Below are positions 1 to 11,329 of a stretch of 64,000 nt of DNA, piece after piece. The translations under genes and the position numbers were made by a program. Source of the stretch: Eledone cirrhosa (taxonomy: Eukaryota); assembly GCA_964016885.1 (NCBI GenBank), contig OZ024740.1, forward strand, positions 62,992,001 through 63,056,000, written 5' to 3'. Within the stretch, counting starts at the first letter, position 1; each line of letters begins with the position of its first letter. The notes under the pieces were generated by a model. It saw only the letters and a list, made by a program, of their open reading frames with translations, was not told where the DNA came from and ran no database searches.

Positions 1-269
1 TTTCGCTATGGGTTAAAACACATAGCGAAAGCATATTACATACCCTTGCAGTCAGTGGCAGACACATACACACTCTCAACACTCTAGCTCTCGATCCAAG
101 GAAACCACCTGGTTATGACAGCTGAAAAGATAAACAGAGCTGCGCTAGCATTTGGTTGGTACTTACTTTATCTCCTAACAAAATGATGAAAGTCAAAGTG
201 GATCTCGGTGAGATTTTGAACAGAAAACGCACAGATCCGGAACGAATCGACAACCTTACAACAGAGTAG

Positions 270-505
270 AGTCCGTGAAAGGTTTCCAGCGACAGCTGGA
301 TTTGAACTCAGAAAGCAAGGAGTTGGAACAAATACCGTGAGACATCTTTTACAATGCTCAAACAACTCCCGTATTATACTGCCCTGAACTGGTAATTTAT
401 CTTATCGACACATAGAGGATGAACGGCAATGTCGATATCGACGGGATTTGAATTCAAAACGTAGAGGAACAAATTACTGCAAGGCAATTTTGTCCGTGCT
501 CTAAC
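270..505 (-). mobile_element. Degenerate tRNA-derived SINE remnants
   Basis: GGATTTGAACTCAGAA (B-box, reverse) and TTATCGAC..GGATGAA.GGCAA.GTC segments match the SINE at 11535-11710. Confidence 0.55.
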
Positions 506-911
506 AATTTCTCGTTTTCAAGTTATCACAAGCACACACGCGGGTATACATATACGTAATTCTTATATACACATATAACAAGAGTAATTACGATTAACAG
601 ACATTTATATGATACTGTCAAACTTTCTTTAAGATATAAATCATAATGAAAATATCATAAGAAGCACATCAACCACAAATATGACAGATGAAAATGCATT
701 ATTCTAGTGTTTAAATTTCAGATATGAATCCGTTACTTATATTTAAATAACAGCCGTACTAAGAGTGGGAAATGAAATTTCGTTTCATTTTTTCCGTTTA
801 TCGTTTTCGGTGCACCCGGCCGATTAACCCACTCGATATGCAAATTGGGCTACTCAGCCGTTAATATGCATAAGGTAAGTATATACGTTCAACAATCTGG
901 CAGGAAGGTAT

Positions 912-954
912 ACGTTGCTGACGATAGCTAATAAGCTTGAAACTAGTACAGCGT
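912..954 (+). ncRNA. Minimal type-I hammerhead ribozyme
   Basis: acgttg-CTGACGA-tagct aata agctt-GAAA-ctag-TA-cagcgt: stem I, canonical core, stem II, palindromic ACTAGT stem III; predicted cleavage after 948. Confidence 0.88.
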
Positions 955-1335
955 TCCTTTGTCAGTGTTGAACAAACGAGCAACGATGGTTGCTAGACAC
1001 TACGGCTTAATACGGGATGTTTGTTTACAAACACACCGAGCATTATAATAAATGTTCGGTGAATCCATACGTACATATATATATGTGTGCATGTATGTAT
1101 ATATATATATATACATACTGCTGTACGTCTGTATACATATATGTATGTACGTGTACATACTTATATGTAAATATCAGCCGTACTAAGAGTGGGAAATTAA
1201 ATTTCGTTTCATTTTTTCCGTTTATCGTTTTCGGTGCACCCGGCCGATTAACCCACTCGATATGCAAATTGGGCTACTCAGCCGTTAATATGCATAAGGT
1301 AAGTATATACGTTCAACAATCTGGCAGGAAGGTAT

Positions 1336-1378
1336 ACGTTGCTGACGATAGCTAATAAGCTTGAAACTAGTACAGCGT
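1336..1378 (+). ncRNA. Minimal type-I hammerhead ribozyme (second tandem copy)
   Basis: Identical to 912-954, 424 nt downstream. Confidence 0.88.
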
Positions 1379-2759
1379 TCCTTTGTCAGTGTTGAACAAA
1401 CGAGCAACGATGGTTGCTAGACACTACGGCTTAATACGGGATGTTTGTTTACAAACACACCGAGCATTATAATAAATGTTCGGTGAATCCATACGTACAT
1501 ATATATGTATGCATGTATGTAGATATATATACATACTACTGTACGTCTGTATACATATATGTATGTACGTGTACATACTTATATTTAAGTAACAGCCGTA
1601 CTAAGAGTGGCAAATGAAATTTCGTTTCATTTTTTCCGTTTATATATATATATATATTAATAAAAGGAATTCCAACTTTGTCTGATTTACTCGTTTTATT
1701 TACAATGCTTTAACATTTATAATAGTATTAGAACGAAATAGTATGGTAGAATATTAAATGTCAAGTGTTAATTGAACAAGTACTTTCATGCTTTCGCAAT
1801 CTTCAGGTTCACATTCTGTGGTGACAGTCAAGTTTGCAATTTTCAACTGTCAGTTGAAAATATATATATATATTCTAACATTCTATTGTACAGCAATTCG
1901 GGACAGATTTTCTCTAATAACCGATTTTTTCACTCACTTGTTAATTTGTGTTTGACTTGAAATATGTTGGTGAGTCCTTATGTAGGGGCCGAAGAATAGA
2001 ATTTCGACTCCTACTATCACTTAAATTTCTGAACCAGTGGTCAATCGGTTGACGATATTTTGCTGACGTGTAAGGATTTACATGCATTGTTGCATAATAG
2101 ATGCAGACAATAGATGATGTTTGCTCTCTTGCTGAATTAAGTGTGGCCGAACGTGTGTTGTATTGATGCAATTATTTGTGTCTACTCTGGGAATTTTACA
2201 TAACCTTACCTATTGAGTATGCTGAGATGCAACCGGTAATAGCAGGGATAACTTATGCTAGTCCCGTCAACTTATTATTATCATTATCACTTTCGGTGGT
2301 TTTCTGCTAGCATGTGTAGTGTGCATATTGATATTATATGCACGTATATATGCATGTTGATATGATACATCAAATAAAATCGTAATTGACAATATACACA
2401 GAAATTGAACGAAGACTGCGTTACACTCTCTTATGTAATCAGTAACGTAATCCATGATACAGTAAAAAAAGACGATATTACATATAAACTGCATTAGGAG
2501 AAAATTAGTGACGAAAATATATGAATGTTTATTTAAGCGAGCGATCGCTAACCGGAAGTGTTGACATTTCAACATTTTTAAAGAATCTTTAAATAAACAA
2601 TAAAATATATTTAATCAACCACTACGAAATTTAGTAGATGAATTATGTAATATTCATTCATTATTTATTCAAAGTAATCCAACTAATTTTACTAATGGGA
2701 TAAAACATTATAAACCGTACGCAGTCCCGCACTCCTTACTTTCTTATAGTTTAGATATA

Positions 2760-2839
2760 TACAGGCTGTCCTAAAAATGTATACACACCTCAACAGCATT
2801 CTAATAAAAGTGTGTATACATTTTTTGTGACACCCTGTA
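2760..2839. mobile_element. Tc1/mariner-type MITE
   Basis: TA-CAGGCTGTCCTAAAAATGTATACACAC ... GTGTGTATACATTTTTTGTGACACCCTG-TA: imperfect ~27-bp TIRs with TA flanks. Confidence 0.7.
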
Positions 2840-2842
2840 TAT

Positions 2843-3122
2843 ATCTATCTATCTATCTAGGGCGGGTAAAATTCCCGAGATCCATAGACGAGTTCTCTCC
2901 AGCGGTCTCTGTCCCTCATTATCGCTGCCATGGCCTGCGTCTCCAACAGACCAGTGTCTGTCCTTAGGGCATCAACATACGTTAACCTTGGTCTTCCTCT
3001 TCTAGTGTGTCCATGTAGGGGCTCCCACAGGAGCACTGAGTGCAATGTCAACTCTGGATGTCGGTGAGCATGTCCAGCTAACCCCAGTCTCCTCTGTGTC
3101 ACTTTTGAGCTGACTTTTGGGA

Positions 3123-3125
<3 letters not shown>
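2843..3125 (-). mobile_element. 3' fragment of an RTE-clade LINE
   Basis: Translation RRLGLAGHAHRHPE..LLWEP.HG..RRGRPRLTYVDAL is the typical RTE ORF C-terminus; followed by a short (TAGA)n tail. Confidence 0.8.
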
Positions 3126-3173
<48 letters not shown>

Positions 3174-3194
3174 TTTATATATATATATATATAT

Positions 3195-3386
3195 ATAGGA
3201 ACCAGTAAGACCCCGACAGCTGAGCTCAAGCCGTTTCGACGGCTAATTCTGGACAGAATTAGCCGTCGAAACGGCTTGAGCTCAGCTGTCGGGGTCTTAC
3301 TGGTTCCTATTACCCACTCTACTACCTCAAGTATTGAGTACTTTGGTGCGTTATGGTCCACCTGGTTCCTTACCACATTTCCTTCG

Positions 3387-3390
<4 letters not shown>
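3195..3390 (+). mobile_element. Fold-back PLE 3'-end mini-insertion (3' half of an HHR on both arms)
   Basis: Perfect ~57-bp arms 3195-3251 / 3254-3310 plus an 80-bp tail; GAAACGGCTTGAGCTCAGCTGTCGGGGT matches the HHR at 15402-15495; flanked by (TA)n. Confidence 0.8.
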
Positions 3391-3438
<48 letters not shown>

Positions 3439-4309
3439 CGGACTTTATAGTTAAGTAAGACACGAATATTAGAGAATCCAATTATGAAACGCTTTCCTAA
3501 ATGTTATTCTAGCTTGGTATCATGTAGTGGCATGAAAATTGCGTGATAGTTACCTACACTAGACTAATCATATCTTGGCATTTTCTAAGTCTTTGCTGAA
3601 GAATCATTACTGGGTTATAAACATTAGCAACATTATTTGGTGTGGTGAAAAGTTTACTTGTTTTCTTTCCTACATTTTTTTCCCATCAATTCACATCCGC
3701 TCCAGTTCATTGAAAGTATTTACTTGGTTATGTTTTACTACGAAGAAGAAAAACACTATTAAAAGACCATTCTACATTTCATTACATTCTGCTGTAAGCA
3801 TTTAACGTGGGAGAAAATCAAAACAAAATACGTCAAGAAAGAAAGAGAGAAAGAAAGAAAGAAAGAAAAAAAAGAAAGAATGAAAGAAAGAAAAAAGAAA
3901 GATAGAGAGAAAGAAAGAAAGACAGAGAGAAATAAATAAAGAAAGAAATAAAGAACGAAAGAAAGAAAGAGAGGGAGAGTGGGTGAGGCTACGTTTTAAA
4001 ACATCGCCTTTTGATGAAAAAATGATTACATATACTCTAGAAAAACCAAAAAAGATATCAGATCTATGTAAAATGTGGTACACATTAATTTCCTTGACCT
4101 TTTTATCGACGAAAGCAGTGAAATACTTCCTAAGCTATACAGAAGTTCTATTGTGTTAAAAGGAAACTTAAGAAAACCAAAATGCAAAGAATATCATATT
4201 TTCCGCATCATTAGTTTGATAGCTGATGCAATTTGAATATATATATATATATATATATTCAAACTAATGATGCGGAAAATATGATATTCTTTGCATTTCG
4301 GTTTTCTTA

Positions 4310-4434
<125 letters not shown>

Positions 4435-4635
4435 TAAACGGAATAGAAAATGCTGACAAATTGTTCACAGTTGAAAAATGGTTTAATTAGGAATAAAAGA
4501 GTATTAGTGATTGTATGGGTTAGTATTCAGTTGTGGTTTTAAGTTTTTAAGTTTTTACCGGTTGCGCATTTCTAAATGCTTTTCAAAAATAATTTTGAGA
4601 TAGAGTGTCAGTGTTGTTTGCTCTGATCTGATTAG

Positions 4636-4932
4636 CAAGGTAATTACCATTTTCTCAACTCTCACTTCCACAATACACAACAAACCCACACCACACGATA
4701 CAACCAACAACGTAGGCCACTTATAACACCACAATACAACATGGCACATAGAAACACACACCCATACTCGCAGTACAGGAACACCCCATTCAATCTACAA
4801 CCACCAACCCGAACCACATTTTACAACAACAAGGAATATAACAAGCACAGGAGACCACTTAACATCAGCAGACAACCCCTCTACCCCAACCATTTTTTAG
4901 ACACAGCACACAGATACAGGCAAACAAAATAA
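4636..4932 (+). CDS. Remnant of the upstream low-complexity PLE ORF (5'-truncated at the inverted pLTR junction)
   Basis: Frame of the 4741-4932 ORF is open from 4636 and overlaps the RT frame over 4842-4932. Confidence 0.5.
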   Translation, partial: QGNYHFLNSHFHNTQQTHTTRYNQQRRPLITPQYNMAHRNTHPYSQYRNTPFNLQPPTRTTFYNNKEYNKHRRPLNISRQPLYPNHFLDTAHRYRQTK

Positions 4933-5069
4933 CACAAGACAGGGAGGAGAAACCGATAGTAATAAAAATTATCAATCTTACTAGTGCAGAACCAACACCC
5001 AACCTTATCAACTTACTCTCCAAAGGTCTTAAATTCACACCGACCCCACTACGTCCTAACTACTATGAA

Positions 5070-7217
5070 ATGAAGGAAGACATCACAGACTTCTGTAGAA
5101 AGTTACGACTTAGTGAACAACTATTCGACCAGTACAATGAGGATGAATCATTAGCCAGAAATAGAAGCAATTACACCCCTTCAAAAGGTAGAAATAAAAT
5201 CCTGGACGAATTCTGTGAACACATCACAAACTTCCCTTACCAACACTTGCACAGACAAAAACACAAGCCAAACCTCAACAAGAAAGAATGGGAAGAATTA
5301 AATAGATTAAAAACCGACAGAACCATTACAATTAAAGAGGCTGATAAAGGGAGTACAGTAGTCCTAATGGAGACAGAATTCTATATCAACTTAGCGCTCT
5401 CCACTTTGGAAAACGAAACATACTACGAAAAGGCTGAACACTACAATCAACAGAAAATTATGAGAAACCTAAAAACTCTAATCAACCAATACAAAGAAGG
5501 ACTCACTAACAAGGAATTCAGCTTCATCACAGACTTCACAAGTAAATCCAGCCTTTTCTACGGTATCCCTAAAGTACATAAAAGCGAATCAATCAGTAAG
5601 GCATGCAAGGAAGCCACAGACATAGTCATCAATGTCCCCTCACCCAATGATCTCAAATTAAGACCTATAATAGCAGGCCCCGCTTGCGAAACGCACCGTC
5701 TTAGCAACTTCATTGATACCCTTCTCAAACCCTTCCTCAAGCACATCAAAAGCTATATAAGGGACGACCTAGATATGCTCAATCACCTCCCTAATATGCC
5801 ACTTTCTGAACAAACCCTACTAGTGACGTTCGATGTAGTCAACCTATACTCCAACATCCCCCACAACCTAGGAATAGAAGCTATCCAATTCTGGCTGGAT
5901 AACTTCCACAATGAACTCCCACAACGCATCAAAAAAGAATTCGTGATAGAGGGACTCAAATTTATCTTGGAGAACAATTACTTCGTTTTCAATAACAAAC
6001 CCTACAGGCAGAAATCTGGGACCGCTATGGGAACGAAAACAGCCCCTACGTATGCCAACCTAGTCATGGGATACCTGGAAATCACCCTCTACACTAAAGT
6101 CCTAAACAAATTTGGAAACACCCTCCACTTACACATTGAAAGGAACTGGAAGCGATATCTTGATGACTGCTTCATCCTTTGGCACGAAAACATCGAAAAA
6201 CTTAAAGAATTTCACACCCTTATAAATGGGCTCAACACAAATATTAACTTCACAATGGAATACAGCCATCAACAACTCCCCTTCCTCGACATCCTCATTA
6301 AGATCCATAACAAAAAAATAGAAACAGACATATACTACAAGCCCACAGACTCCAAGCAATACCTCCCCTTCAACTCTTGCCACCCTAGACACGTTAAAAT
6401 TAATATTCCCTACAACTTAGCCAAGAGAATCTGTACTATAGTCTCCAATAAAAACATCTGCTACTTACGGCTACAAGAACTAAAGGACACACTCATAGGC
6501 AGGGACTACCCTGCATCACTAATTGACAATGGAATCCAACGTGCCCTAAAACTCAGTACCCAGGACCTTAGACACCCTAAAGTAAATCAACCAAAACTAA
6601 AAGCTCTTCCATACATCTCCACACACAACCCCCTCAACAACGAGGCCTTTGACACCATCCTCCAGAACATCCCTGTATTGAAAAAGGACCATAGAATGAA
6701 CCAAATTCTACGAACACACGATATCATAAAAAGCAAAAGACAATCCAAGTCAATGAAAAACATCTTAACACATGCCAAAGTACTGCCAACCACAACAACG
6801 AAACCCACAGTAAAAAAATGCGATAGACCCAACTGTGGCATTTGCATCAACCTAATAGAGGGTTCGGAATTCTATTTCAAAGATGGACAACGTTTTATAG
6901 TAAAACACAATTTCACATGTGCATCGGAAAATTTAATATATGTATTAACTTGTTCAGGTTGTCGAGAACAATACATAGGCCAGACCAAAAACAGCCTCCG
7001 CCAACGCATGACTGTCCATAGATCCCAAATTAAAATACGGGAATACAGGAAAATACCACTGAGTGAACACATTGATACCTGCGCCGCCCAAAATCATCCC
7101 AACTTCAGAATCTTTCCCCTCTACAAATTTAAAGATAATGCCACCCACACCCAGCGCATCAGCAAGGAATCTTACTTCATTAACAAATACGGACCCCGTC
7201 TAAACACTTCTCCCTAA
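5070..7217 (+). CDS. PLE reverse transcriptase + Zn-finger linker + GIY-YIG endonuclease (frame open from 4842)
   Basis: GLKFTPTP upstream in frame; FYGIPKVHK, LRPII, TFDVVNLY, GTAMGTKTAPTYANL, RYLDD; CDRPNCGIC linker; NLIYVLTC..C..QYIGQT..LRQR..H. Confidence 0.95.
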   Translation: MKEDITDFCRKLRLSEQLFDQYNEDESLARNRSNYTPSKGRNKILDEFCEHITNFPYQHLHRQKHKPNLNKKEWEELNRLKTDRTITIKEADKGSTVVLMETEFYINLALSTLENETYYEKAEHYNQQKIMRNLKTLINQYKEGLTNKEFSFITDFTSKSSLFYGIPKVHKSESISKACKEATDIVINVPSPNDLKLRPIIAGPACETHRLSNFIDTLLKPFLKHIKSYIRDDLDMLNHLPNMPLSEQTLLVTFDVVNLYSNIPHNLGIEAIQFWLDNFHNELPQRIKKEFVIEGLKFILENNYFVFNNKPYRQKSGTAMGTKTAPTYANLVMGYLEITLYTKVLNKFGNTLHLHIERNWKRYLDDCFILWHENIEKLKEFHTLINGLNTNINFTMEYSHQQLPFLDILIKIHNKKIETDIYYKPTDSKQYLPFNSCHPRHVKINIPYNLAKRICTIVSNKNICYLRLQELKDTLIGRDYPASLIDNGIQRALKLSTQDLRHPKVNQPKLKALPYISTHNPLNNEAFDTILQNIPVLKKDHRMNQILRTHDIIKSKRQSKSMKNILTHAKVLPTTTTKPTVKKCDRPNCGICINLIEGSEFYFKDGQRFIVKHNFTCASENLIYVLTCSGCREQYIGQTKNSLRQRMTVHRSQIKIREYRKIPLSEHIDTCAAQNHPNFRIFPLYKFKDNATHTQRISKESYFINKYGPRLNTSP

Positions 7218-7395
7218 GACGAACCCACAACATACACACGTCAACATACATACCTACATCAGCACACATCTCTACCCACATATAAACACAATGACACACG
7301 TAAACACACATGCTCTATGGTGCAATACAAAAAAATATATGTGCATATATATGTATGTATATATGTATATATATATATTTATGTATGTAGTGAAA

Positions 7396-7429
<34 letters not shown>

Positions 7430-7831
7430 ATATATGTGTATATAGTGAATATCATTTCACACCTTTTATTGTTAAGATTGTTGATGTTCTATTAAGAGAA
7501 CCGATTTTACTGAAAAAATCGAATAATGTACACCATTTTACCAGGGGGGGAAAAAAATACTGGTCCACCCACACACGCACACACACACACACACACATAT
7601 ATACACAGACACATACACACGCGTACATCAACATACAAAGAGACTTATACACACACACACACACACACACGCACTTCTCCGTATAAGACAAAAGCTGAAA
7701 AATATCTTTTGACCTTCGAATGACTCTGCTGTGTGTATGTACGCACACACACACACACACACACACACACTTATCTTAATAGCCATTTGCTGGTGGCTAT
7801 TGTTGCAGCATCGAATACCTTACTACTACTA

Positions 7832-7889
<58 letters not shown>

Positions 7890-8210
7890 TTGTTGTGAAA
7901 GAGTCATTTCTCAATCTTGGCGCAAAACCAATTTTTTATCCACATGACCTCTACCGACCAATCAAAATTGTTTTGACCATAATCTTTGCTGGAGCCACTT
8001 TTCTAACATTTTAACATAAAAACAGTCATGGCGCAAAATCAACTTTTTACATTCACATGACCTCTACCGACCAATCAAAATTGTTTTGACCACAAGCATT
8101 TTTACAACACAAAAATAACGCTGGAGCCATTTTTTTAACATAAAAACAGGTAGAATTCCCAAAACTAATCAGATCAGAGCAAACAGCACGGACACTCTAT
8201 CTCAAAATTA

Positions 8211-8247
8211 TTTTTGAAAAGCATTTAGAAATGCGCAACCGGTAAAA
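8211..8247 (+). ncRNA. Variant minimal HHR-like motif in the PLE pLTR (mirror copy 4553-4589 on minus; homolog 58342-58377)
   Basis: ttt-TTGAAAA-gcat ttagaa atgc-GCAA-ccgg-TA-aaa; U3-A8 and A13C core changes; weak stem I. Confidence 0.55.
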
Positions 8248-8425
8248 ACTTAAAAACTTAAAACCACAACTGAATACTAACCCATACAATCACTAATACT
8301 CTTTTATTCCTAATTAAACCATTTTTCAACTGTGAACAATTTGTCAGCATTTTCTATTCCGTTTACCAATATATAATAACTTGTGTGTTACACCTCTATT
8401 CTTTTAACTATATATATATATATAT

Positions 8426-9293
8426 AGTTTTAATATAGATGAGATTCTACAGGACTAGAACTGTTTCATTCTTTAGAAATCATCAGGAATCTGGGTATCA
8501 AAAAATAAATATGGTATTTATAGGTCCCTTCAGGTGGTAGGAAAGGGTAGGGAGTGGGATGGGTGTAGGTCATTGGTTGATAGAAAAGGGAATTCATTAA
8601 AACCTAATTCTTCAAAGCTATAGTTTATATTTAGAGCAACAAAGGCAGAAAGAATTCTATAAACAAGTTCAGGATGGGGTGCCACTCCCCATTTTTAAGT
8701 TTCTCTTAAGCCAACAATGCCCAGATTTCAGGTGTGTGTCTACAAGATCATTGGGGGTCAGTCATGGTTGATGGATTCAAAGAAAAGGTAAATTCTTCAA
8801 AAGCCAACTCTTTAAGGTTTCACTTAGTGACAAAGGCCTAGAAGAATGGCTTTTGAAGAATTTCCCTTTTCTTTAAATCCATCAACCATGACTGACCCCC
8901 AATGATCTTGTAGACACACACCTGAAATATGGGCATTGTTGGCTTAAGCGAAACTTAAAAATGGGGAGTGGCACCCCATCCTGAACTTGTTTATAGAATT
9001 CTTTCTGCCTTTGTTACTCTAAATATAAACTATAGCTTTGAAGAATTAGCTTTTAATGAATTCCCTTTTCTATCAACCAATGACCTACACCCATCCCACT
9101 CCCTACCCTTTCCTACCACCTGAAGAGACCTATAAATACCATATTTATTTTTTGATACCCAGATTCCTGATGATTTCTAAAGAATGAAACAGTTCTAGTC
9201 CTGTAGAATCTCATCTATATTAAAACTTCTATACTCTGCAATGTATTGAGTACCTTACTTACTGTGGTTACCTCCGATTCAACCCGGAATAAC

Positions 9294-9297
<4 letters not shown>
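8426..9297. mobile_element. Large fold-back non-autonomous PLE end (381-bp inverted arms plus ~70-bp tail)
   Basis: 8426-8806 vs 8847-9227 near-perfect inverted repeat; related pieces at 21336-21425, 21620-21830, 29300-29400 and 62545-62740. Confidence 0.85.
9161..9211 (+). ncRNA. Type-I hammerhead ribozyme (mirror copy 8442-8492 on minus)
   Basis: agattc-CTGATGA-tttctaaagaat-GAAA-cag ttctagtc ctg-TA-gaatct. Confidence 0.85.
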
Positions 9298-9342
<45 letters not shown>

Positions 9343-9605
9343 TACATATATATATAGTAATAATAATAAATTTAAAGACTAAAATCCAAAGAGTGCTCGA
9401 TAAGGATAAATATATATCAAATATATAAGAACCGTTCTTTGCCAGGGAACGTTTGAATGAACCAAAGTATCGTCTTCCTGTCTTCCTTCGGTTGCAACGT
9501 TTTTCGAAATATTTACTTCTGCATTCACAGATTGATTTTTTTAGTTTCAGAAGATCCTGTTAAGGGTGAAAGCAGCGATTCTTTGTTTAAACTTGTTTTC
9601 TGTTA

Positions 9606-9680
<75 letters not shown>

Positions 9681-10459
9681 GAATATGTTTTCCTACACGC
9701 ACAAAGCGCTAAGTCAATTTTTTTTAATTTATTTTGAAACTTTTTCATTATTTGCTAAACCTGATTATATTATGCGTGTGCATACAAACAGGTCAATATG
9801 CGTGAGTGTAAGTATGTGTATGTGTGTGTGTATGTATGTACGTATCGAACGTATGGATGTGTAAATGTGCGTGTGTATATAAGCATGTATATTTTTATGT
9901 CTCTCTTTTATGTGTTTTTTTTAGGTTTTTTTTTTATGTTTCTTTTGTGAGACATGCGCGTCTGTGTATGTATGTACCCACCCCCCCTTTTTGCCTTTTT
10001 TTGTCTTCTTTTCTTGAGTTTTTTCCTTCTAAAAATTTTTTATTTCTAATTTATTGATACATTTTTATAAGTATGTCGAGATTGACACTTTCCTTTAATT
10101 ACTATACTCCCTTACCTCTTTTACTTCCGCATCTAAATGTAAGTGTGTGTGGGCGTGTTTATGTGAGCGCCTCAATATTCATATACTTATGATGTATCTA
10201 TTCCGTCTGTTGATTACAGACATACGGATACATTAGCCCTAAATTTTAGATTTACACACACTTTTTCACTATACGTATACATATGAGCATACACATATAT
10301 GCACATCTGTGAGCGTATTTACATACATATACACACACCTAACTATATTTTCTTGTTAGATTTTTATGTATTTCAATCTATATTTCATTGGTCTATTCAA
10401 AATCTGTTCCCAAACAGACCTATTGTATTGAATTGTTGTTATTATCAATAAACAAGCAT

Positions 10460-10598
10460 CATTATTTCTGAAGACAGTATATATATGTGAAGGTATGTAT
10501 ATTCCCTCTGATAGTTTGTATAATTTTGTACATAGATCTTTTGAATATGCATACCAATTCTAACACATATATGTCCTAGAAACGATCGTAAAATAATG
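10460..10598 (+). ncRNA. Type-I hammerhead ribozyme with ~104-nt stem II insertion
   Basis: cattattt-CTGAAGA-[long hairpin]-GAAA-cgatcg-TA-aaataatg; perfect 8-bp stem I; palindromic ACGATCGT stem III. Confidence 0.78.
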
Positions 10599-10793
10599 AA
10601 CTTTTTTTGTTTAATATAAGGAACTGTTTCTTTGTTTATTCAATATTTTTTTAATAATTTATCTTGACTCTGTTTTCCGTTTATCTTTCACCGAAAGTGG
10701 TTTTTGAATGCATCTCTTCTTTTCATGATATCCGGATTACATTGAGTTCTTCATACGGATTGGACACTACCGTAAACTTTTGGTAGATTTATC

Positions 10794-10986
<193 letters not shown>

Positions 10987-11329
10987 GCAATATCCATAGA
11001 TGTGAAAAGGAAAAAAGAAAACAATGCTCAATCGGGAAGAGTAGAAATATTATATTATTTATTTAAGTACATATACGGAACAAATGTGCTGCCCTATGTT
11101 TCAAGGTCCAAATTTAACCATACCCCCAGAAAACAAAACCTCTTACACCAAACTGCTTTTCGATAAAGTAGATGTTGTTCGTAGATTTAGGTGAAATGCT
11201 CCTCTGTTTGACGGTGAAATGGCAACCTCTGCCACTAAAAAAATTATATTAATTCCGTTAAGTACACCTCTTGAGTTAAGGACTTAGTCCCGTTCGAATC
11301 TGACCTTTTATATAGAGTCCTGACCATAA

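Larger units (their letters stand above)
736..1641 (+). mobile_element. Tandem non-coding repeat (about 2.1 units of 418-424 bp) carrying minimal hammerhead ribozymes; non-LTR retrozyme / solo PLE pseudo-LTR array
   Basis: CAGCCGTACTAAGAGTGG recurs at 751, 1175 and 1593; HHR at 912-954 and 1336-1378; ends in (TA)n; no coding capacity. Confidence 0.85.
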
